The position numbers and the translations under genes are program-made. A stretch of DNA of 63,631 bases, the filler included, from Craspedostauros australis (Eukaryota), in NCBI GenBank assembly GCA_030167865.1. It is 8 parts of 8 records of this genome, joined end to end, with 100 filler letters (N's around TTAATTAATTAA, not from the genome) between each part and the next. Parts side by side here need not be neighbours in the genome. Positions count along the whole stretch, not along the records: positions 1 to 5,560 come from JALAGF010000235.1; positions 5,661 to 9,947 come from JALAGF010000237.1; positions 10,048 to 34,933 come from JALAGF010000238.1; 5 more parts are not named here. One strand, given 5' to 3'. This document shows positions 1-11,248 of this stretch, piece by piece; within the stretch, counting starts at the first letter, position 1, and each line of letters opens with the position of its first letter. The notes beneath the pieces were generated by a model that saw nothing but the letters and a program-made list of their open reading frames with translations, was not told the DNA's origin and did not search any database.

Positions 1-617
1 CCCCCTCTCGTCCACCCACCAACGGCTGCATCGCGGTGACGGCGATGTGCTTGGATTTGTCATTGGACCGCTGGTTGGTGCGGCGCAGTGATTGCCGTTG
101 GACGGCCATTGTGGCGTTTTTTGGTGTTCCGCCATTGTCATGTTGTTGTTTTTTGGAGTCTGGCACTCTCAACCAGTCGGACATACTGGGGGATAAGGTA
201 ATTGCAAACACCTAACCAAATGCACGAAAAAAGCATGACACAAAACACTTCCGGATTACCAATGCAACTCGACCATTCCGTCACGACGAAACGTGGCTGA
301 TGCTGCTTCACATCGTGCTGTGATTGGTGTTTCATGACGCAGTAGCCAGTCTGGTGACGTAGATGACGGATCAGACAGGCACAGGGTAGAATGGATCCAA
401 ACGCGCACTCACCGCTTCTCCCAAAACTCTACAACTAGCGCTATCGTGGACGGGGTGTTGGATGGTCTGATCGGAACACCTGAAAAAGAGACTAAACAAT
501 TCAAAATCGGAACAACGTCGCTGAAACGAAGAACAGCAAAGGGTTAAATTGGATCGATGTAGTCGTAGGCGAAAGGCTGAAACCCGAGAGAGATCGAAAA
601 TTGCNCATATCCATCGG

Positions 618-763
618 TCCGTAAAACTTAAAATAGGATCTAACTCAAAAATGTAATGGTTAATTATTTGTATTAGACCTACAGGGATTACGAATATGTG
701 CTTGGTTTGGACAACGGAGACAAAAATCCAAGAGGTCTATTTCAAAGTGTTGGTCGACTCACT
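618..763. repeat. Dispersed ~146-bp AT-rich repeat, copy 1 (possible transposon end or MITE-like)
   Basis: Collinear with 10193-10338. Shared blocks include TAAAACTTAAAATA, GGATTACGAATATGTGCTTGGTTTGGA and GTCTATTTCAAAGTGTTGGTCGACTCACT. Confidence 0.85.
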
Positions 764-3700
764 CGAGGGGCTCCTATGGGGTGGACCAGCTCGCTCCCAC
801 GAAGTGCGTACTCGTGCCCATGGGGGAGAACGTTCATCGCCTTGCGCCACAACCCGGGCGACCGCATGCCTCGACATGTGCTTGCGGATGTAGATCTTGT
901 GGAGGTACCGTGGTGCGCGGTGGAGAGTACTCTCTGCGAACGCCGTGCTCAATCCCTCTTGCAATCACGTCGCCTTGTTGCTGGAGTGGCCTTCGCCCTG
1001 TCTACCTGGAATGGTGTTTCCGGTATTCTGCGGGGGCGGAGGGAGAATTTATCCCGTCCAGCCACCCATCGCGAGAGGCCAAAAATGCAGTTGGGGGATC
1101 CCACCCATCACCAGTCGTACAGTTTAGTACTCTGCGCGTACGACTACTCGTTGACAAGGCCCACCAACTCCTGATGCCGCAGGCAAATAGTTTGGTACGA
1201 GGAGGTCGTACTCAACGGAATACCCGCAAGAGCGCTCCGTCGCTGCTGCTTGCAGCGAGCATGCGGCTCGTGGAAGAGGCTTCTCTGCATGCCCTGGTCG
1301 TTTCTTCTTGCTCGGGATACCGTGTAGAAGAGTGCTCAGTCACTGCCACCGCCACAAGGCGCGTGTCGCCATGGCCAAAAGCGTTCGACCCTGGAACGAA
1401 CCCACCACCATGGTTGCCCCAAAGAGGAGGTGGGCGACTAACGAGGATACATGCACACGGAAGAAGCGCAAAACACTTGCACGAATTCTGGGGCCTGGAG
1501 CAAGGACTAAATTGCGCCGCCGACAATCTTGTTTCTGGTGTCACATTCTCTGCTGAAAGATCTGAAGACGTCTGTACAACAAATCGCAAGCGGCGCAAAG
1601 TTCTTTCGTGACGGAGTCCCTTGGGTGTCCACACGAGTAGTCGTATCTACGATGGAGAATGAAGCGCACCTGTTGAACTGGTTCGAATGTACTGCTCTAT
1701 ACTACTGCCTGAGAGTATTGGTATCTCTGTTGGAAGACAGAGTGCTGCGGTACCTGTTGCATTGTGGAGTATTGTTAGACGCCCCGTCGGTTCGTCGCCG
1801 TCCCGACAGTCTTGGGCACACGTGCACCGGTGTGTCGGCTTGAGACTTGATGTGGCATCGATACTACCCTCGTTTGGTACTATGCACGCCTTTTGGCAAG
1901 CTCCTCGTATCACGCTCTCTCACTTCGTCATCTATCTGCACTCGGGGGGTGTCACAATGGTCTCTAAACCACACACCAAGATAGAATATGCCGTCGATAG
2001 GGCCTCTTCGGGACGGGAGCAAGATCGGCCCCTGTGTTGATGGATGATGACGAGTGTGATCTACTAATATGCCAATGACGGCCACTAACGCCGTTGGTAT
2101 GTTCATTGGATTCTCTTGGAGTTGGATGAACCTTCATTTCAGACACAATCCTGGCTTGAACAATGAAGATGTGTCCCGAGCGTGTGTGCTGTCGTGCCAT
2201 GAATCCTCCGCGGGTTGCTGTGGAGTCGAGGTTAGGGCAGCACTGGTCTGATCACTTCTTCGAGCTTTGTTGAGGACGCTAGCGAGAATGACAGCTGCGT
2301 CATGAAGGTGGCATCATGGCTCTCTCACCGCAGAGACGAATTCTCCGAACATCCTCTTGTTCGTTCGTCGCATGGAACCAAGAAGCTGTGAATAGTTCTA
2401 CCCCGATGGCATACGCAATGGCCCCAGCGCAGATGTCTCGGCGCGATGATATCCTCCAACTTTCGGAAACGAGGTGTGTGTTTCCCCAACCGCCATCTCC
2501 AGCACAGGTTCATGAAGGAGAGAGTTCAAGAAATGGCGATTGAAGATACCGAAGTGCGCTTGGCAGATTTCGATCGCGATCAACCTGAAGATGAGTCTTA
2601 TGAACACATCTTCCGCATCTTGATCGACACCTCATTTCTATATTGTTTGTCGTCATTCTTCTGTCGTTCGATGTCACGTTGGTTGTTGACACCACCTGCA
2701 GTGGCAACATCGGATGGATGATGATGTTGCGGAAGACCCGTCGGCCGCGGCAACTAAACGGCGATGATGCTCGTGGGCGCTGTTTGAATACTGAGAACAG
2801 CCATCATCGTGGTCTTGCTCGGTGTCATATTGCGTGTGACATGATTGTTGGTTGCCATGTCCCCAGAACGCCGCGTCTATGAGTCACCTCGGCAAGCTCC
2901 CTTCCTCCCCTCCCTTCGTCTCTCTCTCTCGCTTGATGCGACTGTGTCCTCCACGATCCGTTATGCGTTGACACGCCCACCTGAGAGACCGGACTGGCAC
3001 AAAGACACCATCAATAGAATGCAATTTGATTGTATACACCCATTCCCAGTCCTCGAATCCGTCGTGCGGTGCTCTACGATCTATTATACTCGCGGGTGTC
3101 TTGAGTCTCGCTACCGCTCTCCTCCTGTTCCCCGAGATAGAAGACGATCGAGATTTGGTTGGAGTACGACTTGGGTGTACCGATGCTTGAGCCCCATCGC
3201 GTTTGTCATCATGTGACGTCTCTCGTTCTCTGGTTGTGACCGAACAAATGCAACAAAATGAGCAGCCACAACAGAACAGTCATCGCAGAACAAGAGACCA
3301 CCACAGAACATGCAAAACGACACAACAGAAAAAAGGTATCCAACACTACGAGGTCTCCTTGGAACACAACCAACTCTCGTGAAGACCTCGTGATGGCCAA
3401 TCACGTTCAGTGCGCAATGTTTCTGTTTTTGTCGTGAGGGGTGCGCCGATCGACTCGAACGATTCAAAGGAATCAACGTGACATCGGTTGCTGTTGTATC
3501 ATGTGTCTTCCGCGCGGGCCAGGTTGGCGAGGCGATCGTTACGTTTTGGAACAAGGTCAAACCCAAACCGCCACAAAATCGAGGTGAAACACACAAACCA
3601 AACCCACCACACACACACACACACAGTCACACACAAAGCGATGATCGCCATCGCCAGCACACACGAGATAGCAGACATCACTTCTGCCAAGTTCGCATCG

Positions 3701-3888
3701 ATTGCAAATCCAACCTTGCTTTCTCACAAATCAAATCAATCAAAGCAACCAGAATCATAATCATAATCACATTCAGCACTCATCACCACAATCACAATTA
3801 CAACTCCAGTCACAAAACAAGCCTTCACGAAGTCAAGAATCACGACAGGAAGACAATCTCATTCCCCACATCCTCACACGTCCACAAC

Positions 3889-3901
3889 CAGCACCAGCAG
3901 C

Positions 3902-3934
<33 letters not shown>
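3889..3934 (+). repeat. (CAG/CAA)n microsatellite just upstream of the importin alpha ATG
   Basis: Directly visible CAA run. Confidence 0.9.
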
Positions 3935-3935
<1 letters not shown>

Positions 3936-3944
3936 CAAGCCACC

Positions 3945-5553
3945 ATGATCTCGTCACTCGCAGGTATGAATGTGTGTTTTTGCGTTTCCTGCTGTCTGTT
4001 GGAATGAGGAGGGACATCTGGGTGATGAACGCTCCTCATTTTCACACCGTAACGATCGAACAATCAATCCAGGAAGATGAACAAGCGATACGCAAGCCCT
4101 TCTCACACTGTCCATTCCTTTCGCGCCAACGATCATACAATACAAACCAATCAAACCAACCAACCAACCAACCAACTGATAACAACGACGATGGAGCAGA
4201 CCGACGCAAGGCTTTCAAGCCGGCAGGAGCTAACCTGGCGGAAAGTCGCCGCCGTCGAGAGGAAACAAGAACCATGCTGCGCAAGCAGAAGAAGGAAGAC
4301 GAGATGAGCAAGCGCCGCACACGCACCCCAGCCGCGTCCGCATCGCAACCCGCAACCATGGAGTCGACCGGCGCAGTTGCGACGACACCAACTGTCGCTG
4401 ACTTGCCGCAGATCATGACATCTCTCCGCAACCCAGGCTGCACGGAACAAAACAGAATCCAGTGCGTCAAAAATATCCGTCGAATGCTATCGGTGGAGCA
4501 CAACCCGCCAGTGCATCAGGTGGTGGAGTCTGGAGCCATGCAGCTCCTCGTGCAGTACATGAGCGACGACGAAGCACCGGCTGATCTCGTGTTCGAAACC
4601 GCGTGGGCGTTGACAAACATCGCGTAAGTAGGGATATTATTGACGACGGCGCAATGTGCGAGCATGATGGCTCGAAGCAGAATGGACGTACACCTCCATT
4701 CTCATTTCGCATGCTCGGATGCACGCGATGGATGTTCAATGAACGACGAAACGACCACGCGTTCACGATGGAGAGTGGATAGTGATGACTCTCTCCGTTT
4801 GTCCTGACTCTTATGACACTTTGCAATCGATCTCACGTCATCTTCTCTTCTCCCACCATGCCTACGATGATACTCGCAACCGCTGCAACAATCTCCGCCA
4901 CATATAAAATGGAACGGCGACGACGATATCGATGTCGATCACGATGATCTCCACCTTGCAGTTCCACTGACCTTACCAACGTCGTCGTGGAGAGCGGCGT
5001 TGTCGCATCCCTCATCAAGCACATGCGCAATGACAACCCCAACATCCGCGAACAGTGCGGATGGGCGCTTGGCAACATTGCTGGCGACAACCCAGCCTAC
5101 AGAGACTTCCTCTTGCAGCAGCAAGTCCTCGCGCCGATGATCCTCAACATCCAGCAGCCACAGAATTTGTCGCTCTTGGCCAACGTGACTTGGGCCATCT
5201 CCAATCTCTGCCGTGGAAAGCCCGCACCAAGCCTGGAGATCATTCAAGAAGTCATCAAGCCATTGTCGTTCCTTCTTAGTCGCCCGGAATGCACCGAGGA
5301 AGTGAAGGTGGACGCCGTCTGGGGCCTGTCGTACATCAGCGGCGGCGAAGACGAAAGCATCCAGAAGGTGATGGACAGCGACAGCGACATCACGCAAACA
5401 CTCGTGGGACTGTTGGAGAATCCATCGTCGGCAATCCTCACACCAACTGTCCGATGCTTGGGTAACTTCGTCACAGGCAACGACATGCAGACACAAGAGG
5501 TGCTGAAAGCGGGAATTCTGAAGCATGCCAAGATGCTGCTGGAACACCCACGG
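3945..5553 (+). CDS. Importin alpha, 3' part lost in gap; exons 3945-3963, 4200-4623, 4962-5553
   Basis: The spliced product MISSLADRRKAFK...RRRREE...LRKQKK is an IBB domain. ARM repeats follow (FETAWALTNIAS, EQCGWALGNIAGD, TWAISNLCRGKP, RCLGNFVTGND). GT..AG junctions keep the frame, and a GTAAGT donor at 5554 precedes the gap. Confidence 0.95.
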
Positions 5554-5560
5554 GTAAGTG

Positions 5561-5660
5561 NNNNNNNNNNNNNNNNNNNNNNNNNNNNNNNNNNNNNNNN
5601 NNNNTTAATTAATTAANNNNNNNNNNNNNNNNNNNNNNNNNNNNNNNNNNNNNNNNNNNN
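5561..5660. other. Artificial scaffold linker (44N-TTAATTAATTAA-44N); also at 9948-10047, 34934-35033, 39345-39444, 56776-56875, 58650-58749, 60520-60619
   Basis: Seven identical 100-nt spacers carrying stop codons in all six frames. Confidence 0.97.
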
Positions 5661-5899
5661 GTCATCAGCAATGAAGGAATCGAGATAAGTTTTAGTAAGG
5701 AGGATCTGAAGAGCATATAGTTCCCAGGTGGGGTGTGAGTCAGGTCGGTCAGGTTTGAGTCATGATGGATTCGTGAATGGAGGAGAGAAAGGAGGAGAAA
5801 AAGGTTTGGTGGTCAATCAAGTCGGAAGATTTCGCGCCAAAACAGGAATTTCTCCCATCGGGTTGATACCGTGTTCGGTACTAGTCTGTCCCTCATTGA

Positions 5900-6466
5900 A
5901 TCTCAACTGGAGGCACTTCTTGCTTTCGGTTGGGCAACTTCTTCGAAGATCAGCCAGCTGCTGATGCCAAAGTCGGATTCCGGGTGATCGGACCAAGAGC
6001 TTGTGTTGTGGACCGGAGCTGCAACGGTATTGGAATGAATATCTTTGGCGATATACGAGTGGAAGAAGGAGCATGCGATACAAATGGTGGATGCAGTGGC
6101 GCTGCGCAGCGCGTCAACCAAGGGTCTACAACTATGACACCAGTCGTGGCAAATATTTTCATCGGAAAGAATGCGTGCAAATCGACTAACGCTTGTCGAG
6201 AATTGCATGCTGGTACCTCAGGCAAATTCGCAGGAAGTGTGATCATCGAAACCGGTGCCTGTTCGGGCGCGAATGCGTGCAGTAGCCTTGGCAACAGCAA
6301 CAGTGCAACCAATGACATCATCATTAGAGCAGGAGTCTGCACGGCAGACGCCTGCACCGTATGCGCCAGTGGATCACTGTGTGCGTCAGATACAGAAACG
6401 TACGTAATCGACGACGCAGCCACAGACTGCCCTGGGCCATCCCCATCTGCCTGTGAAGTCGTCTAA
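5900..6466 (+). CDS. 5'-incomplete Cys-rich repeat protein (probably extracellular)
   Basis: Frame is open from 5900 (ISTGGTSCFRLG...) with no ATG at the start. About five repeats of I-x-x-x-A-C-x(4-5)-C (IGPRACVVDRSC, VEEGACDTNGGC, IGKNACKSTNAC, IETGACSGANAC, IRAGVCTADAC). Confidence 0.65.
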   Translation: MSTGGTSCFRLGNFFEDQPAADAKVGFRVIGPRACVVDRSCNGIGMNIFGDIRVEEGACDTNGGCSGAAQRVNQGSTTMTPVVANIFIGKNACKSTNACRELHAGTSGKFAGSVIIETGACSGANACSSLGNSNSATNDIIIRAGVCTADACTVCASGSLCASDTETYVIDDAATDCPGPSPSACEVV

Positions 6467-7556
6467 TTATCACATACATTGAAACGCATACTATCATGCT
6501 CTAGCTCGTACTCTGCCACCATGTTACTATTTTTGTTGTTGTCAAAGCAGAGCACTCTGTGATGACGATGTAAACTAGCTTCACCTGTGTGTTCTACACT
6601 AACTCAGTCACTAATCGAGTCAAGGATGCTGTCTTGGTGCCAAATGCCTGATGTTTTTGACGACTCCAAACGTGTCTGCGGTTCCCAAACACGTCTCGAA
6701 TGGTCAAACGCATTCGTGAATGACAAGGGTGCTTGACGTATCGCATCATTAGTCGCCGAGAAACAGAGCCACAGCATCCAAACTTTAGGATAGTATATAT
6801 AAACGCCATTTAATGATACGGTGTCAACCGTAGTCCAACTCTCCGCACTCAGCTCCTGTGAGTGTTCCTGTACTCATCTTGATTCTATATCATTAAATGG
6901 CGTTTATATATACAATCCTAAAGTTTGGTGGCTGTTGCTCTCTTGCTCGGTGAGCACTGATGTGATCCGCCAAGCACCCCCATCATTCACGGACGTTTTT
7001 TGGCTTCTGGTTGGCATGTTGTCTTGTTCTGATTGGTCCAAAGCAGTGTTCCAACCATCTCTGACGTCATGATGACGCAAGCATTGGGACCAGAATTCGC
7101 CAAACTTGCCACTGTGCAGATTTAGTGCCAATTCCCGAATCTGGCCGAATCCGAACGATGGGTGTCGATGGACAGACGATACCGCACAAACCACGTGTAG
7201 GATCCACGTTGAGCAAATGACCGTTCCGCACAGTTATAATTTTCAGAACAGACAGGTTTCACCCCCAATACCTCCGGTCACGTGAAAACCTGCACAGCCA
7301 CCGAAATCGGGGATCCGAGTGGTCAAATATCGTTCCGACCTCCATGGGAACACTAAACGCAAGCATACCAACACACCATGGCAATCCAACAATGTATAGA
7401 TCATATGGTTGTGACCGCCTCGGAGAGGGGATTCTAAAATGATACGCATTGTTGCGAATGGGCCAACGAATGCTCAGCGCGGAGACTTCAAAGATGGAGG
7501 GTCGAATTTCTCGAAACAAGAAGCAAGATCCTACCGAACTCCTGTAGAATTCTACG

Positions 7557-7813
7557 TGTAGCCAACTGTAGCCAACGATATCCAAAAAACAACCGGTCTG
7601 TCCGTCGTTCGACGGCAGAACCACACCAAGGGGGTCAACAAACACAAAAAGATCGACGAGATGGTAGTAACAACATTATAATGTTATCACTTGCCTGGAT
7701 AGCCCTGGCTCTTGAGTTTTCGTAGATATGAAGAGATGTTGGATTGAGTGTCTCTAAAACGAAGGCGGAGTTTGGGAAAAACTGATCCAAAATCTGTAGC
7801 CAACTGTAGCCAA
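7557..7813. repeat. Direct repeat TGTAGCCAACTGTAGCCAA at 7557-7575 and 7795-7813
   Basis: Identical 19-mers, each an internal dimer, 238 bp apart in non-coding DNA. Confidence 0.75.
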
Positions 7814-7992
7814 AAATCGCCAATTTTTTGGTCTGGCTCTTGAAGGCACCAGAGTACCACAACTAGTATGAAGAACTGGCAGGCAATTCTCGGAGAGTAC
7901 CTACATGTGCATCTGCATCTGCACCTGCGCCCATACCTTCTTCCATCTTTTGCTCATTGCCCACAATGCGTACAAACTGCCACAATATGCTC

Positions 7993-9947
7993 CTACTTGG
8001 CATCCCGCCAAGCGTTCGGCACCATCTTGTCCGGCAACTGCATCGGAAATCGAAATGGCACCTCCCCAACCTCCTTTTCGACGAACCGGACGTAGTCGCG
8101 AGGGACCCCACCCAACGATCGGAACGTATCCTTCACCATCATGCGCACGGCATACACGGTCACTTGGGGGTGCTCCGGATGCTGATAGCGCTCCAGGATC
8201 TGACAGTCGTACCCAATCGACGACTTCTTCCACAGATCCTTGTTGACGAACTGCATCGGGCTGTCCAGGATGTTGCTGTGACATTGCAGGCCCAGGTTGA
8301 TGGGATATGGCAGAGTCTGCTGTTCTGCTTCGGTGAGGAGGACGGGCTGGTGGTTGTACTTCTCGACTGACACAGCCAACGGCTGCAGCTGCTGCCTGGA
8401 GTGTCCTTTGTACGCCTGATCCCACGCCTTGCCGTAGTCGATGACGACTTCTTCATCCTTCTTGATGTCGCGGATTGCGACGTAGTCCATCGACAGGGTG
8501 ATATTCCGATGATCTGCCAGCCGCAGTGGACTCTGTGTGAAGGACCAGTCCAGCTGGGAGAGCTCGTGGTTGGGAGTCCAGCGTATGGCCACGTTCGGTC
8601 GTCTGCGGCTGTGGTTGATGTAGGATACGGCGATGCCGTACGGACACAGGAGGATGGTGCTCGACACATGTCCGAAGCAGTAGTTCATGAGGAGGGAGTA
8701 TTCGTGACGGGTCGACTTGGATGGTCTGTAGTCCTTCACGAACGAATCCCACACTTGCCCGTAGCTGTCCATCCGCTCCTTGGTGGTGACGATGAGCGGG
8801 GAACCGGTGATGACGGTGCCTCTGCTGATGGCCATGTTGGCCAACGCACCGAGGTTGTGGACCTTCGATGGTCCCTGACGGATCATGTCCAAGCAACGCG
8901 AGTTGTCACCATACATCAGCTCTTCGACACTTCGGACCGCGTAGGGCTGATGCAGCGATCGGACGCCGTTCGTGACGACATCATGCACGTATTCGTACTT
9001 GTGGGGGAAGGCCTGGAGGGTGTGGGATCGGAACGGGAAGCGACGGATGATCTTCCACAGATCTCTGGCGTGCGTTGCGTTGGTAGGTGCGAGCGAGTGG
9101 AATCGCTTCGTGAGCTCCTCCGCCTGCTTGAAATCGGACCGCATGGGACGTCCCTTGTATCGATCCCGTCCCTCGAACCAATGATCGCCGTAGAATGTGA
9201 ACAGCTCTCCACCGGGTGGCACATGCTCCTCAGCCATCGACTGTAGATAGTGGTACTTGGTGGCATCCATCTCTTGCGGAAAGACGTTGGCGGCCGGTTC
9301 TATCTGCCCGATGTTGAGCAAGGGCAGGTGGCTGTTCATGAGGGACAGAAAGCCCGGTGCGAAGGCATCCATGCTCCCCCTGTAGATGCGCCCATGCCAG
9401 GCGTAGTCCTCGATGGGATTGCGAATGGAGGATGCGATCTTTGGCACGGGGATGACCATGTCAGCGTATCCGATGGTGTCATCCTGTTCGAGCTCGATGC
9501 CTGTGAAGATCCCAAGTCCGGCGTTGGGGATGGTCGATGGCGCGACGAAGAGACGACACTGTTCCTTGAAGCTGTTCCGTGATGTTCTTTTGAATGTGGT
9601 GGTTGGCTTGGTGGGTGTGTCCATGTTGCTCATATAATCGAGAGCATGATCATCATCTTCATCCGTCTCATCATCATCATCATCAATGACTTCGTATGGC
9701 TGTGCAGGTGGTGCATCATCATCATCACCATCATGTCCATCTCTTTGCTTCCATTCTTTGTGTGTACTTGTACTTGTACTTGTACTCGTACTCGTACTTG
9801 TGTGTTTGCTTGTCTGCCTGAATCTCCGCCTCCTCCTGTGTTTGCGTGCTGTCAATCCTCCCGATTCTGTTGCCTGCACCAACAATGGACCTATCGATGC
9901 ACCTATCGATGCACCTATCGATGCACCTATCGATGCACCTATCGATG
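7993..9947 (-). CDS. Protein with two SET-like domains (putative lysine methyltransferase), 5' end in gap
   Basis: Module 1: CRLFVAPSTIPNAGLGIFTG...MNSH...GGELFTFYG. Module 2: YINHSRRRPNV...YVAIRDIKKDEEVVIDYG. The frame stays open to the gap through an (ASIG)n repeat. Confidence 0.85.
9889..9947. repeat. 12-bp tandem repeat ACCTATCGATGC x5, running into the gap
   Basis: Directly visible; encodes (ASIG)n in the frame of the SET gene. Confidence 0.95.
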
Positions 9948-10192
9948 NNNNNNNNNNNNNNNNNNNNNNNNNNNNNNNNNNNNNNNNNNNNTTAATTAAT
10001 TAANNNNNNNNNNNNNNNNNNNNNNNNNNNNNNNNNNNNNNNNNNNNCGTACCAAACGACTGAGACCTTCGGAAGCCAATCCGTGACTGATCACCTCACG
10101 ATAAATACGTGAGAACAGCATAGAACCTTCTACCAACAACAACGGGTTTTGTGCTGTTGGACCCACGTGACTGCTTTGCGTACATAGATTAC

Positions 10193-10338
10193 TCCATAAA
10201 ACTTAAAATAAGGATCTAACAAAAAATGTAACGGTTAATTATGTATAAATAGACTATAAGGATTACGAATATGTGCTTGGTTTGGATATCGCAGATGAAA
10301 AGTTAGAATGTCTATTTCAAAGTGTTGGTCGACTCACT
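10193..10338. repeat. Dispersed ~146-bp AT-rich repeat, copy 2
   Basis: Same orientation and shared blocks as 618-763. Confidence 0.85.
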
Positions 10339-11248
10339 GATCGGGCTCATAACCTTCACTGTTGTGTTTTGACAGTATTCCACATGCGCACAATTCTACG
10401 GAAGTCCAGTACTTCGGCGGAATAGGACACGCATCACGGGATAGTCCGATTCACCTTTTCGTTCATCCCCAAACACATTCGACCAATCACATCGCCCCAC
10501 TCGCAGCACTGTCTTTGCGCACGTGCGGACCAATACACGACACAACGCAACACAGCGCGACGCAACTACAAAAGACACCGCAACCACGGTGACAAACGAG
10601 ACCACAGAGTACAGATCGATACAACGAGTGATTGGTCCATTCACTGTTCGTTCTCTGCTCTGTGTCATTCCGTGTTCGTGTGAACCACCAGGCGTTGATT
10701 GTGCACAAAACTATCGGGGGCAAAAAGCAGTCGCGCTCAAACACACACGCGCACATTGATCCTCTGTGAACAACGTGTTGGGTGGACTCGCAGGTCGTAC
10801 TGATACTACCACAGACCACGCATAAACTACGACGAATCGCGGTAACGTACTATTTGTAACACGACACAACGACGCAGTACAACGCAGCACAACTCGGCAG
10901 AACTCAGCCCAACACACGAGGAATTCAACACAACAGCTGGGGCAAAAGTACGAGCGCGATCCCAAAACAAGATTGGATGAGACAACAAAATCTCAACGAG
11001 ACCACGAGGAACGCAAGCAAACACAACAGGAAGAACAGTGCGCGCCAACTACTGCAAACATTCTTCGCTGGGCGACGCAAATCAACGAAACACGAAGGAA
11101 GGGCCACACAATTCCCCCTTCGACATAGATCCCACTGGCAGCAGCGACAGGAAGGATCAGCACCATTCCAGCTCCAACTAAAGGCAGGGGAAACTCATCA
11201 TCAGCATTAGCATTAGCATCACCATCAGCATCAACAAGAACAAGAACC

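Noticed and set aside
698..2740. Overlapping ORFs of 60-276 aa
   Set aside because: No recognisable motifs and no consistent frame or splice model. It may be decayed coding or transposon DNA, but I cannot support a call.
3974..4199. ORF-track N-terminus of importin alpha
   Set aside because: It lies within intron 1 (3964-4199), which has a GTATG donor, a CTGAT branch-like site and a CAG acceptor.
5605..5616. Recurrent palindrome TTAATTAATTAA as a biological motif
   Set aside because: It always sits in the centre of a 100-nt N spacer, so it is an assembly linker.
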